This document shows positions 9,328 through 18,761 of a stretch of DNA of 64,000 bases, in pieces. Position 1 is the first letter of the stretch. Each line of letters opens with the position of its first letter. The notes below the pieces were generated by a model, which saw only the letters and a program-made list of their open reading frames with translations, was not told the origin of the DNA and did no database searches. Made by a program: the position numbers and the translations under genes. Origin of the DNA: Candidatus Moraniibacteriota bacterium (lineage in GTDB: Bacteria; Patescibacteriota; Minisyncoccia; Moranbacterales; GCA-2747515); the NCBI GenBank assembly GCA_942490825.1, contig CALNYG010000003.1, positions 68,105 through 132,104 of the forward strand, in the 5' to 3' direction.

Positions 9328-11499
9328 ATGTTTGATAAAATTAAAAAATCTCTTCCGCTGATAATTTCAGTTGTTTTTTTCATTAGCTTTGGTCTTTATC
9401 ATTTAGCTAAGTTTGAAACTGTTGATGAACACTTTTGGAAATATGATCGAGTTCAACAATATTACACTGGTATCAAAGAAGGTTTCACTAAACATTCTTT
9501 TAAAAAAACTCATATAAATGACAAACCTGGAATAACTGTGGCAATGCTTTCAGGAATGAGTTTACCTTTTATTCCAGATCCTTATGAACATGAAGATTTT
9601 AAAAAGGAAAAAAAATATACTTATCTTACTAAAAAAAGGTCTGATCCAGCTAAAAATCGTACTGTATTCACTCTTTTTCATACAGACCAAACAGAAGCTA
9701 TAAATTTTGGATTTCGTCTTCCAATACTTCTCTTTAATGCTCTAATAATGTTGCCATTGTTTTTTTGGTTATTAAAGAGAGCTTTTGGATACAAGATTGC
9801 TTCAATTTCAATTTTACTAATTGGACTAAATCCAATATTAATCGGAATGAGTCAAATCGCAAATCCTGATGCTTTGTTTTGGAGTTTTTCAGCAGGTGCC
9901 TTTTTTGCATTTTTTGCTCTTTTAAAAACAAATGAAAAGAAATTTATTATTCTAACTGGATTATTTACAGGATTTTCTTTATTGAGTAAATACACTTCCA
10001 ATTTATTATTTATATTTTTTCCAATAATATTCATATTTAATGGATATTTTAAAAAGCATAAAGAAGAAGAGGCTATTTTTCCTGTTGTCAAAAAATATTT
10101 AGACAAATTAATAAATATTATACAAGTAAAAACTGAAAAAATTAATAAAACTTTTTCGCATAATATTAAAAATTTTCTATTAATTTTTACGAATAATTCT
10201 GCTCTAAATTACATTACAAGTTTAATACCGATATCTTTAATTTCTTGGACTACTTTTGCATTTTTCATGCCAGCTGTTATTCATAAACCTCAGCATTTCC
10301 TATATGGAACACTTTATTCTCCACCTTTATGGCCAATTACTGATCTATTTATAAAAATACTTCATCTTAAAGATGTAGTATTTACACCTAAAAATGATTA
10401 CAAAATAATTCCCCTTGCTATATTGTCTCTTTCTATTTTTACACTGTTTTTCATTATTTTACCTCCATTATTTATAAAATTATTTAAAAGATTTAATAAA
10501 ACTTTTGCAATAACTTTAAAAATAATTGCAACATCCCTTCTGCTTATATTTTCTTTTTCTTTATTCAATGCTTGGACTAATGAATCCATATTTGAATTAA
10601 ATGATTTAAAGGAAACTTCCATAAACAGTAAAATATTAGACTTTCCTCAATTTGAAAATGATCCTACTCCATTATTTTATTTAAAAGGACTTTTAGCTGA
10701 ATCTCAAGCATTTGTTTTCTCTGTACATCCAATAATAGTATTTTCAATATTTTTAATTTCTATTTTATTGATATTTAATAAATTTAAAGATTCTTCTGAA
10801 AATAAAAATAGACTTAGCACAATTGCTATTTTGTATTTTATAATATCAATGCCGTTTGTTTTTTTCATCGGAGGCTTAATTTCTGATGTTTTTGTAAACA
10901 TTCGTTATAGTATAATGCTTTATCCTATTTTTTCTTTATTAGGTGCTATTGGACTTATTACGTTTACACAAAAAATTAAACAGTGTAGCTTTTATAAAAA
11001 GTTTAATTTAAACAAGAATAATGTTTTTTATGGTTTGATGTTAATAATTATACTTACCCATTTTATTTCTTTAATAAAAATAAAACCGTTCTATTTTAAC
11101 TATCTAAATTTCCTATTGCCTAAAGAATATTTAGTAACTGATTCTTGGGGATATGGAATCTACGAAGCAGCTCAGTACCTAAATAGCCGCGAGAATGCTG
11201 AAGATTTAGTTGTTTGGACAGATCGATCTGGAACTTGTCAATTTTTTGTTGGAAAATGTATTGATACTAATGAGATTTATCTTGATCAGATTGATGTTGA
11301 TTATATGGTAATAAATCGTAGAGGATCTATAACTAATCGTCCTTCACCTATGACTAGCAATCCAAATCATTGGTTTCTAAAAAATAATTATTATTCAGAA
11401 AAATTCCTAGACAATCCAGAATGGGAATTAAATATTGGAGATCGTCCAGAAAACTTTATAAAAGTTGTAAACACAGGTAATCCAAATCGAGATTATTAG
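9328..11499 (+). CDS. large GT-C-fold (ArnT/PMT-like) membrane glycosyltransferase
   Basis: 723 aa with at least 12 TM segments. An acidic motif sits in the first loop (FETVDEHFW), and there is a C-terminal soluble domain. The family call rests on architecture only. Confidence 0.6.
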   Translation: MFDKIKKSLPLIISVVFFISFGLYHLAKFETVDEHFWKYDRVQQYYTGIKEGFTKHSFKKTHINDKPGITVAMLSGMSLPFIPDPYEHEDFKKEKKYTYLTKKRSDPAKNRTVFTLFHTDQTEAINFGFRLPILLFNALIMLPLFFWLLKRAFGYKIASISILLIGLNPILIGMSQIANPDALFWSFSAGAFFAFFALLKTNEKKFIILTGLFTGFSLLSKYTSNLLFIFFPIIFIFNGYFKKHKEEEAIFPVVKKYLDKLINIIQVKTEKINKTFSHNIKNFLLIFTNNSALNYITSLIPISLISWTTFAFFMPAVIHKPQHFLYGTLYSPPLWPITDLFIKILHLKDVVFTPKNDYKIIPLAILSLSIFTLFFIILPPLFIKLFKRFNKTFAITLKIIATSLLLIFSFSLFNAWTNESIFELNDLKETSINSKILDFPQFENDPTPLFYLKGLLAESQAFVFSVHPIIVFSIFLISILLIFNKFKDSSENKNRLSTIAILYFIISMPFVFFIGGLISDVFVNIRYSIMLYPIFSLLGAIGLITFTQKIKQCSFYKKFNLNKNNVFYGLMLIIILTHFISLIKIKPFYFNYLNFLLPKEYLVTDSWGYGIYEAAQYLNSRENAEDLVVWTDRSGTCQFFVGKCIDTNEIYLDQIDVDYMVINRRGSITNRPSPMTSNPNHWFLKNNYYSEKFLDNPEWELNIGDRPENFIKVVNTGNPNRDY

Positions 11500-11504
11500 A
11501 AATA

Positions 11505-11540
11505 AAAAAACCTAGGCGTAACAACCTAGGTTTTTTATTT
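11505..11540 (+). terminator. rho-independent terminator
   Basis: AAAAACCTAGG-CGTAACAA-CCTAGGTTTTTTATTTT, directly after the stop at 11499. Confidence 0.85.
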
Positions 11541-11576
11541 TGACTTTAAATTTTTTAAATGTATTGCATTTTAATT

Positions 11577-12227
11577 TTACAAAAATCTAGCCACTGGCTT
11601 AAAACTTTTTCGGTGAATTTCACATGGTCCGCATTTTTCTAAAGATTCCATGTGAATTTTTGTGCCGTAGCCTTTATGTTTTTCAAAACTGTATTCTGGA
11701 TATTTTTCTGCAAACTTAATCATCATATCATCTCTTGCTATTTTTGCAACGATTGACGCAGCGGAAATTGATTTTACTTTTTTATCTCCCTGCGGAATAC
11801 ATTTTTGTTCTATAGTTAAATTTGGAATATATTGATTTCCGTCCAGTAAAAGAATTGTTTTTTGGTTTTGTTCTAAATCTTTAATTTGTTTTTTTAAATC
11901 TGTGAAGGCTTTTTTCATTGCAAGAAAACTGGCTTGTAAAATATTCATCCGATCAACAGTCTCATGATCACAAATTCCTATTCCTACAAAAAAATTATCC
12001 ATAATGAAATCAGAAACTTTTTCTCGCTGTTTTTCACTTAATTTTTTTGAATCTCTAACTAAATCCCAATTTTTATCTTCAAGATCAATGGAATTTAAAT
12101 CTTTTAAAATTGCTGCTCCGGCAACGACTGGACCTGCTAATGGTCCGCGTCCGACCTCATCGATTCCGATTATGAAATCGTATTTTTGACTGGCTTGTTT
12201 TTCGAGTTCGAATGTTGATATTTGCAT
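11577..12227 (-). CDS. rnhB: ribonuclease HII
   Basis: IGIDEVGRGPLAGPVV catalytic motif. The 216-aa length is typical. Confidence 0.9.
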   Translation of the reverse strand: MQISTFELEKQASQKYDFIIGIDEVGRGPLAGPVVAGAAILKDLNSIDLEDKNWDLVRDSKKLSEKQREKVSDFIMDNFFVGIGICDHETVDRMNILQASFLAMKKAFTDLKKQIKDLEQNQKTILLLDGNQYIPNLTIEQKCIPQGDKKVKSISAASIVAKIARDDMMIKFAEKYPEYSFEKHKGYGTKIHMESLEKCGPCEIHRKSFKPVARFL

Positions 12228-12290
12228 GAGATGGATTTTTAGTATTTTAGAAAAATTTAAGAATTTAAATAAAACTTAAATTTATGCAAT

Positions 12291-12363
12291 AATGGGTTTT
12301 ACAACCCATTCTGTAACGTTTGTGTTTTGAAAAACATGTGGAACTGGTTATAAAACCAGTTCC
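12291..12363 (-). terminator. paired-hairpin element downstream of 12398-13006 (family shared with 34179-34290)
   Basis: GGAACTGGTT-ATAA-AACCAGTTCC at 12340-12363 is followed on the minus strand by ACATGTTTTT. A second hairpin, AATGGGTTTTACAACCCATT, lies at 12291-12310. Confidence 0.6.
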
Positions 12364-12397
12364 TGCAAAAAAACACGAAATTATATTTAACAAAATA

Positions 12398-13006
12398 TTA
12401 CCCCCGTCTTCTCTCCAATAAAACCATCATCATCAAACTCAAAACTATCCTCTCTGCATCATCGTTATCTATATTCCCTTCTTTAGTTACTTTAAACCGA
12501 CGACCTATAAGCGAAGATTCTTTTTTTAATTTAACTACAACTTCACCAGAATTATTTGTAACTAAATAAACTGGATTAAATAAATATCCTGTAAATATAC
12601 CGAGAATTGGAACTTGGCTCAATAAATAATCCGCTACTTTTATCCAGGCATTTTCTTCTTTAATTTTAAACTGAGGTTGCTCAAACTGATCTATAACGTC
12701 ATATTCTGCCTTCCAGATCGAAGCCATTCCTTTACGAGCAACTTTGCCAACAGGGTTGTCTGTCGCATTTGAGATACTGTAAGCTGCTGAGAAATCAAAC
12801 CATTGATCAGCATTTATTTTATACCCTAAATTTTGTTTAGAATCATCTTGAAATACTTCTATTTCCTCCTTAAACTTAAACATTTTTTGTTTAACATAAG
12901 CTACTACGTTTCCACTTGCGTCTTCTGCAACAAAGTCATTTGAAAATGTTGTGATTTTAAAAGTGAAATCAATTGGAAACTGTAAATTTTTCATATTGTT
13001 TTTCAA
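12398..13006 (-). CDS. possible LURP-one/scramblase-like (Tubby C-terminal-like) protein
   Basis: 202 aa with beta-rich repeats (FKITTFSNDFVAEDASGNVVAYVKQKMFKFKEEIEVF) and a C-terminal hydrophobic helix. Weak recognition. Confidence 0.4.
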   Translation of the reverse strand: MKNNMKNLQFPIDFTFKITTFSNDFVAEDASGNVVAYVKQKMFKFKEEIEVFQDDSKQNLGYKINADQWFDFSAAYSISNATDNPVGKVARKGMASIWKAEYDVIDQFEQPQFKIKEENAWIKVADYLLSQVPILGIFTGYLFNPVYLVTNNSGEVVVKLKKESSLIGRRFKVTKEGNIDNDDAERIVLSLMMMVLLERRRG

Positions 13007-13288
13007 TTTAATTATTGATAATAATTGACTTTTTTATTTTTTTCTAGTAAACTAATATGTTGTACTTTGTATATATGGAATAAAAATTATTCTAAACTAA
13101 TGTCAAAAAGGAGACAGAAAAATGCAGATCACTAAGATATTGTTTGTAGAAAGTAATAATGCGGTCTATGAGTATAATAAGAAAAGAGACTCATTTTACC
13201 TCCAAAAATTTTTACTTTTTTCGACAGGTATTTTGCTCGTAGGAGAGCAAAGGGACAACACAAGCATCTACTCAATGATGCTTTAGAG

Positions 13289-13471
13289 TTGGACGTTCCA
13301 ATAAGACATGAGCAATTAATTGGAGCTGGAAATTGCGAGCGAGGGGAAATTATTTATTGGGGTACCAAAGGCTTTAAAGATGTAGAGTATATATCGCCTC
13401 AAAATCCATTGAGAGCCGAGATTTGCAAGCTCTTAAAAATGCCAGACGATTCTGAGGACGCCCCTGAATAA
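13289..13471 (+). CDS. hypothetical ORF in a G+C-richer patch (TTG start), doubtful
   Basis: 60-codon ORF. A 54-codon ORF with an AAGGAG ribosome-binding site (13122-13286) precedes it in another frame. The hairpin ATGCCGAC...GTCGGCAT at 13484-13513 follows. Confidence 0.25.
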   Translation: MDVPIRHEQLIGAGNCERGEIIYWGTKGFKDVEYISPQNPLRAEICKLLKMPDDSEDAPE

Positions 13472-13522
13472 AATTCTAGATCAATGCCGACTCGAGCCAA
13501 GCTCTGTCGGCATTTAAACTTT

Positions 13523-14836
13523 CTAACACTTCTCATCACTAACCAACCGAATATCCGCACCCAAACTCCGCAATCTCTCTTCCAAATTCTCATAACCACG
13601 ATTAATAGAATAAACATCACGTAAAATAGATTTCCCCTTCGCGCCCAACATCGCCACCAGAATAATTGCTGCAGGACGTAATGCAGGAGGAGACATCATT
13701 TCCGCTGGAGAAAATTTAACAGGACCTTCAACATAACATCGATGTGGATCCAAAAGAGTAACATTTGCACCCAAACGATTCAACTCTGCAAAATAAATTG
13801 ACCGCACTTCATACACCCAATCGTGAATCAAAGTCCGCCCTTTTGCCATTGAAACAATCGGCACGAAGAATGGGAGATTATCCATATTCAAACCAGGAAA
13901 TGGAAGACCGTGCAACTTATCTTCTAACGCCACCAATTTAGACGGGATCATTTTCAAATCTACTAATTTTGTCTTACTATTTTTAGAAAAATATTCTTCA
14001 CTCATTTCATATTTTTGACCCATCTTTTCTAATTTCAAAAGTTCTAATTCTAAAAACTCAATTGGACATCGTTTAATCTCAAAAATACTTTTTGTAACAA
14101 TTGCCAAAGAAATATAAAACATCGCCTCAATCGGATCTTCAGAAATATTGTAAGTAATATTTTTATCAATATTTTCAATTCCCTCCACTTCTAATGTTGA
14201 ACTTCCAATTCCTTTAATTTTTACACCCAATTTTTGCAAGAAAAAACACAAGTCTTGAACCATATAATTTGAAGTCGCCATTTTAATAATAGTTTTTCCT
14301 GGCAATTGAGCAGCTGCCATCAAAGCTGTTTCAGTAACTGTGTCACCAGATTCATAAAGTACAACTTTCTCCGCCGCTTTTAAATTTTCTGCCGTAATTT
14401 CAAAACCATCTTTTTTAACATCAATTTTTATTCCAAATTTTTCCAAGGCAAAAAGATGAGGCTTCACTGTTCGTGCTCCTAATTTACAACCTCCCGCTTG
14501 CGGAATGAAATATTTATTTAAATTTCCAGACAAAGAACTAATCATCATAATTGCACTCCGAGTTTTTTCCGCTGCTTTTATGTCGATATTTTCAATTGCG
14601 ATTTTTTTTGGTGGAGTGATTTTGAAAGTTTTATTTTTCTTTTCAATTTTTACTCCAATGCTTTCTAAAATTTCTACCCAACGATTTACTTCTTCGATTT
14701 GTGGAACGTTGTGTAAAGTTGTTGTTCCTTTATTAATTAAAACCGCTGCTAAAATTGCTACAGTTGCGTTTTTTGAACCATTTACTTCAATTTCGCCTGA
14801 TAGTTTTTTCCCTCCATTTATTTCAAAATATTGCAT
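13523..14836 (-). CDS. murA: UDP-N-acetylglucosamine 1-carboxyvinyltransferase
   Basis: 437 aa. N-terminus MQYFEINGGKKLSGEIEVNGSKNA. Active-site Cys context AGGCKLGARTVKPH. Confidence 0.9.
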   Translation of the reverse strand: MQYFEINGGKKLSGEIEVNGSKNATVAILAAVLINKGTTTLHNVPQIEEVNRWVEILESIGVKIEKKNKTFKITPPKKIAIENIDIKAAEKTRSAIMMISSLSGNLNKYFIPQAGGCKLGARTVKPHLFALEKFGIKIDVKKDGFEITAENLKAAEKVVLYESGDTVTETALMAAAQLPGKTIIKMATSNYMVQDLCFFLQKLGVKIKGIGSSTLEVEGIENIDKNITYNISEDPIEAMFYISLAIVTKSIFEIKRCPIEFLELELLKLEKMGQKYEMSEEYFSKNSKTKLVDLKMIPSKLVALEDKLHGLPFPGLNMDNLPFFVPIVSMAKGRTLIHDWVYEVRSIYFAELNRLGANVTLLDPHRCYVEGPVKFSPAEMMSPPALRPAAIILVAMLGAKGKSILRDVYSINRGYENLEERLRSLGADIRLVSDEKC

Positions 14837-14924
14837 AATTGTAAATTTAATTTATTTATTTTTACTCTGCTAGTTTACCGCAAAACTGTTTTTTTTTCAA
14901 TGCAATTTAGTTAAATTTATAAAA

Positions 14925-14941
14925 GTGCTCGCCGCACGGGC
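14925..14941 (+). repeat. GC-box repeat GTGCTCGCCGCACGGGC (copy 2)
   Basis: Identical core to the reverse complement of 6477-6493. Followed 87 nt later by TGTCATCCTGAAAAA. Confidence 0.7.
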
Positions 14942-15028
14942 TTTTAAAATTAAAAGTTTAAAAGTTTAAAAAATTACAATCACTAAATTTAAAACTTAAT
15001 GTTCGTGACCTTTCTTTCCTCTCTTTTA

Positions 15029-15300
15029 TGTCATCCTGAAAAATTTTTCTTACAAAAATAAATTAATCTTTTAAAATATATTTTCAATAAAAAATAAAAA
15101 ATACAAGCGATACTTAAAAAAATTTATTCAGAATATAATAGTATAACTAAACTTTAATTTTAAACTTATAACTTACCAGATTTCTTTAAAAACCCACTCC
15201 ATATCATTTCGACTGAAGTGTAGCGGAATAGAGAAATCTCAAAGCCTTAGAAAATCACAAAACTTCGAGACCTCTCGACTTTACTATCGCTACGCTCGAG
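15029..15300 (+). repeat. degenerate nested-repeat cassette (CCTGAA type)
   Basis: About 150 bp starting at TGTCATCCTGAAAAATTTTTC is homologous to 33871-34020. The right half is replaced by TCATTTCGACTGAAGTGTAGCGGAATAGAGAAATCTC ... CGCTACGCTCGAGA arms. Confidence 0.6.
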
Positions 15301-15454
15301 ATAATAATATTAGATATTTTTAAGAAATAGATTTTAAATTTGACCTTCTTACAAAAGAAGATAATTAGGTAACAATGGATAAATTTGTCAAAAAATTAAA
15401 AAAGAGTCCAAAAGAAAATTCCTCGCTTTAAGATTTTATTAATTTAATAACAAC

Positions 15455-15490
15455 CTAGCTGATTCTCGCAAGAGTCAGCTAGTTTTTTTA
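15455..15490 (+). terminator. rho-independent terminator with no annotated upstream gene
   Basis: CTAGCTGATTCTC-GCAA-GAGTCAGCTAG followed by TTTTTTTATTTT. Preceded only by an 18-codon ORF (15375-15431). Confidence 0.75.
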
Positions 15491-15554
15491 TTTTAAAAAA
15501 CAAAACACTGATTTTTCATGTTATAATAAAAATCATAAAACCTAAAAAATAAAC

Positions 15555-17741
15555 ATGTCAAATTTCATAATATCACAAGCATATTTCATTTTAATAACCA
15601 TCTTTATACTCTTCCTGCCAGGATACTTACTACTTTGCGGAGTGTTCAAACGAGAACACTTTTCCGCCATCGAAAAAATAATATTAGCAATTCCAGTCAG
15701 TTTCGCCCTAGCAACTTTATCAATGATCATTTCCGGAACACTCGGAATGCCCATCAATAAACCGAAAATCACAATTCTCTTTGGAACAATAAACATCATT
15801 TTATTAGCTTTCACTTTTTACCAAAAAAAGAAAGATTCAACCAAAACCGAAAATAAACTTTTCAATTTTTCAAAAAACCAAAGTCGATTAATTATAATTT
15901 TGATCGCTTTAACTATAATTATAAAAAGCGTTTATTTAGTTGATGCCATATTCCCCACTTCTACCGATTTAGCCCATCACATGTTTTGGGTAGAAAAAAT
16001 AAAAACCACCCAAGAACTCCCAGTCTATCAAGAAATCGAAATAGAATATGACGAAAGTGACAATCCCACCCTATCCGAACAGCCAGTACGTACTGCAGAC
16101 TTCATCGTTGGTGAACATTTAATTTTTGTTGCCATTTCCCTACTTAGCGGAAAAAATGTGGTTTCTGCCTTTCCATCCTTAATTCTTTTGATTATAAATT
16201 TAGCCACAATTTTAACCATCTTTATTTTAACGCAAAGATTATTTGAGAAATATAAATACGTAAGCTGGGTTTCAATTTTTGTCTTATTATTTTTAGGACC
16301 ACTTTACGCAATCAGCTCATCCCAAGCAAAATTCGTAAGTGGCGGAGCGATCGGAAACATTTTAGGCGACCTATTTATTCCAACAATCTTTTATTTTATT
16401 TATCGAGCATTTGCCAACAAAAGACCTGCGATGTTAATGATGACAGTTTTTCTCGGCGGAAGTTTAGCTTATATTCATCACTTAAGTGCTTTTATTTTTG
16501 GTTATGCCTTTGGATTTAGTGCAATAATTATTTATCTATTTCAAGTAGATTTCAAAAAAACTTTTAGCGACTTTTTCAAATTACGTTCAGTAATAATCAT
16601 GGTTATTTTGTTCTTATTACAAGTAACTCTAAATTTTATTTTGGAAAAATTTTCAATAAAAATTCCCATTTTAAAAATTGAAAGTTTAAAAATGTCCTCA
16701 ATGATAATTTTATCAATTTTAGGAAATATTTTTATTTTATCTCTTTTACAAAAAGAATTTAAGGCAGTTATAATTGATTGGTTTAAAAATACAATCAAAC
16801 ATTATGTTTTTGCTTTCGTTATTATATTTGCCTGTATGTTTTTCTTTTTCTATGTTCCTTCATATTTAAACAAAGACGCCATCAGTTCAGCCACAGGAAC
16901 ACCTGAAAAAGCAACTCGAATCGGAATTCCTGTAAATGAATTGATGTACAGCTCAGGCGAGGCTCGCTTTGCTTTAGGCGTTATTGGATTAATTATAATT
17001 ATTTTAATCGCACTATTAGCTAAACATCCAAAAACTCGAGAATATTTTGAGCGAATTTCTCCCGCAAATCAATATGGACGAGCAATTACAATTGGTTGGG
17101 CAACAGCTTTGATTGCAATGAGTTTAGCACCGCAATATTTGAAAGTTAATATTATTTCTAGTCGAATTGCTAATTATGTAATTTTTCCCATTACTATTTT
17201 AGCTGGATTTGCAATTGTTTGGATTTTTGATATTCTGCATCAACGGCGAACCGATAAAACTTATTTACCGAAAATTTTTGTTTCGGCAACTTTTACTTTG
17301 ATATTTTTATTTTTACTAACAAATGGAATGCGAGACAACTCCTCTGCCTTAAATGAATCTCCGGAAGTCAAAAGAGCCGTGCAAACTTATAAAGCTTCTG
17401 AACGTCTTAGTGGCATGATTAAAGGTGACGATCAAATGGTTAAAGATCATAATTATATTAAAGGTGATACTTTCATTAAAATATTTTTTGCAAAAGATCC
17501 AAATTTCCCGCTTTCTCGTGCTTTCTTCAGAAAATATGAAAATAATCCTTATCGTGAGACTTGCACTTTAGATATGATTTCCAAACCAAATAGTCCTGAA
17601 GCTCAGAGATGTTTTGATGGTTTAAATGTTCGTTTTGTCATGGTTCATACCGATCACGATGCCTCACAGTTTAATGGTTCTGATACTTTTAGCAAGATTT
17701 ATCAAAATGATGAGTTAAGTGTTTATTTAAGAAAAAATTAA
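15555..17741 (+). CDS. large polytopic membrane protein, possible GT-C-fold glycosyltransferase
   Basis: 728 aa with at least 14 TM segments and a C-terminal soluble domain. Architecture resembles 9328-11499. No diagnostic motif recognised. Confidence 0.45.
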   Translation: MSNFIISQAYFILITIFILFLPGYLLLCGVFKREHFSAIEKIILAIPVSFALATLSMIISGTLGMPINKPKITILFGTINIILLAFTFYQKKKDSTKTENKLFNFSKNQSRLIIILIALTIIIKSVYLVDAIFPTSTDLAHHMFWVEKIKTTQELPVYQEIEIEYDESDNPTLSEQPVRTADFIVGEHLIFVAISLLSGKNVVSAFPSLILLIINLATILTIFILTQRLFEKYKYVSWVSIFVLLFLGPLYAISSSQAKFVSGGAIGNILGDLFIPTIFYFIYRAFANKRPAMLMMTVFLGGSLAYIHHLSAFIFGYAFGFSAIIIYLFQVDFKKTFSDFFKLRSVIIMVILFLLQVTLNFILEKFSIKIPILKIESLKMSSMIILSILGNIFILSLLQKEFKAVIIDWFKNTIKHYVFAFVIIFACMFFFFYVPSYLNKDAISSATGTPEKATRIGIPVNELMYSSGEARFALGVIGLIIIILIALLAKHPKTREYFERISPANQYGRAITIGWATALIAMSLAPQYLKVNIISSRIANYVIFPITILAGFAIVWIFDILHQRRTDKTYLPKIFVSATFTLIFLFLLTNGMRDNSSALNESPEVKRAVQTYKASERLSGMIKGDDQMVKDHNYIKGDTFIKIFFAKDPNFPLSRAFFRKYENNPYRETCTLDMISKPNSPEAQRCFDGLNVRFVMVHTDHDASQFNGSDTFSKIYQNDELSVYLRKN

Positions 17742-17782
17742 AAACAATTAAAAAACAAAAAAGCAATCTCCAATCCCTCCAT

Positions 17783-18344
17783 GTCGTTCCGGAATTTTTT
17801 AAAGTTTTTGTTAGAAAATTTTAAAAAATATCCGGAATCTCGATTGGTTTAAGCTAAATCCAATAGAAAAACAATGGACAAACAATATTTTATTTATATT
17901 CTAGCAAGTCGTAAAGATGGTGTTTTATACACTGGTTTCACTAGCGATTTGCTAAAAAGAATTTGGGAACACAAAAATAAAGTTGTAAAAGGTTTTACTT
18001 ATAAATACAATGCTGATAAGTTAGTTTATTTTGAACAAACTGAAAATTCAATAAGTGCAATTGAAAGAGAAAAGAAATTAAAAAAATGGAAAAGACAGTG
18101 GAAAATTGATTTGATTGAAAAAGAAAATCCTGAATGGAAAGATTTATATGAAGATTTAACATCATAAAATATATTTAGAAAATTTTCAGTCTCTATGTTA
18201 TTCTGGAAAATGATTTTGTAGCAAGGCGAAAAAATTACTTTCCGGAATCTCGTTAAGTTTATATAAGTTTTATCGAGATTCCGGATAGATTAATTTGTAA
18301 TCACTCACTCTGTTCGTGAACAAATTATATCTTCCGGAATGACA
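17783..18344 (+). mobile_element. GIY-YIG cassette 1 (nested inverted repeats around the gene, plus an internal empty arm pair)
   Basis: Outer arms GTCGTTCCGGAAT (17783) and CTTCCGGAATGACA (18331-18344). Inner arm TATCCGGAATCT at 17829. A second arm set lies after the gene: TGTTATTCTGGAAAA at 18196, and TCCGGAATCTCG (18241-18252) pairing with CGAGATTCCGGA (18274-18285). Confidence 0.55.
17874..18167 (+). CDS. GIY-YIG nuclease family protein (UPF0213/YhbQ-like)
   Basis: YFIYILASRKDGVLYTGFTSDLLKRIWEHK (GIY...YTG motif) and a conserved tail, EREKKLKKWKRQWKIDLIE. Confidence 0.85.
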   Translation: MDKQYFIYILASRKDGVLYTGFTSDLLKRIWEHKNKVVKGFTYKYNADKLVYFEQTENSISAIEREKKLKKWKRQWKIDLIEKENPEWKDLYEDLTS

Positions 18345-18386
18345 TAATAAATGTAAAATTATAAAAAATTTAAAAAAGGAATCTAT

Positions 18387-18752
18387 ATGAAAAATCAAAA
18401 AAATATTATTATTGCAATTGTTGTATTAATGCTTTCTAGTATTATGTTTTTGGGAATTGTGGAATATCGACAACAAACCGGAGAAGACAGTCAAGGTTGG
18501 TGGAGTGTTTATTTTGTAGCTCCTTATGATGAAAAGTCTTTAGATTTTGTGATTGAAAATTATGATAAAAAAACTGAATTTAGTTATGAAGTCATTTTAA
18601 GTAATGAGGTTGTGAAATCTGAAGATGTCATTGTTGAAAATGGTGAATTTAAAAGTGTTGAATTAGATATTAAAAAAGATGAAATGAAATCTGCTGAAAT
18701 TAAAGTTAGTCTTTCTGGTGAGAAAAAAGGCAAAAGTATTTTTAAAAGATAA
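18387..18752 (+). CDS. N-terminally anchored small protein
   Basis: 121 aa with one TM helix (IIIAIVVLMLSSIMFLGIV). AAAGGAA ribosome-binding site upstream. Confidence 0.5.
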   Translation: MKNQKNIIIAIVVLMLSSIMFLGIVEYRQQTGEDSQGWWSVYFVAPYDEKSLDFVIENYDKKTEFSYEVILSNEVVKSEDVIVENGEFKSVELDIKKDEMKSAEIKVSLSGEKKGKSIFKR

Positions 18753-18761
18753 AAAATAAAA

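Noticed and set aside
9734-10901. Minus-strand ORFs within 9328-11499: 9734-9931, 9852-10106, 10398-10622 and 10704-10901. The same pattern appears inside other long genes, for example 16028-16219, 16541-16798, 53603-53857, 55663-56547 and 58716-59093.
   Set aside because: These are antisense shadow ORFs inside long, well-supported coding regions.
12291-12363. tRNA or other small RNA genes among the GC-rich hairpins. Other candidates were 14925, 18274, 20911 and 34179.
   Set aside because: I could not trace a cloverleaf: there is no T-loop GTTCRANYC box with matching acceptor arms. The hairpins are simple perfect palindromes belonging to repeat families.
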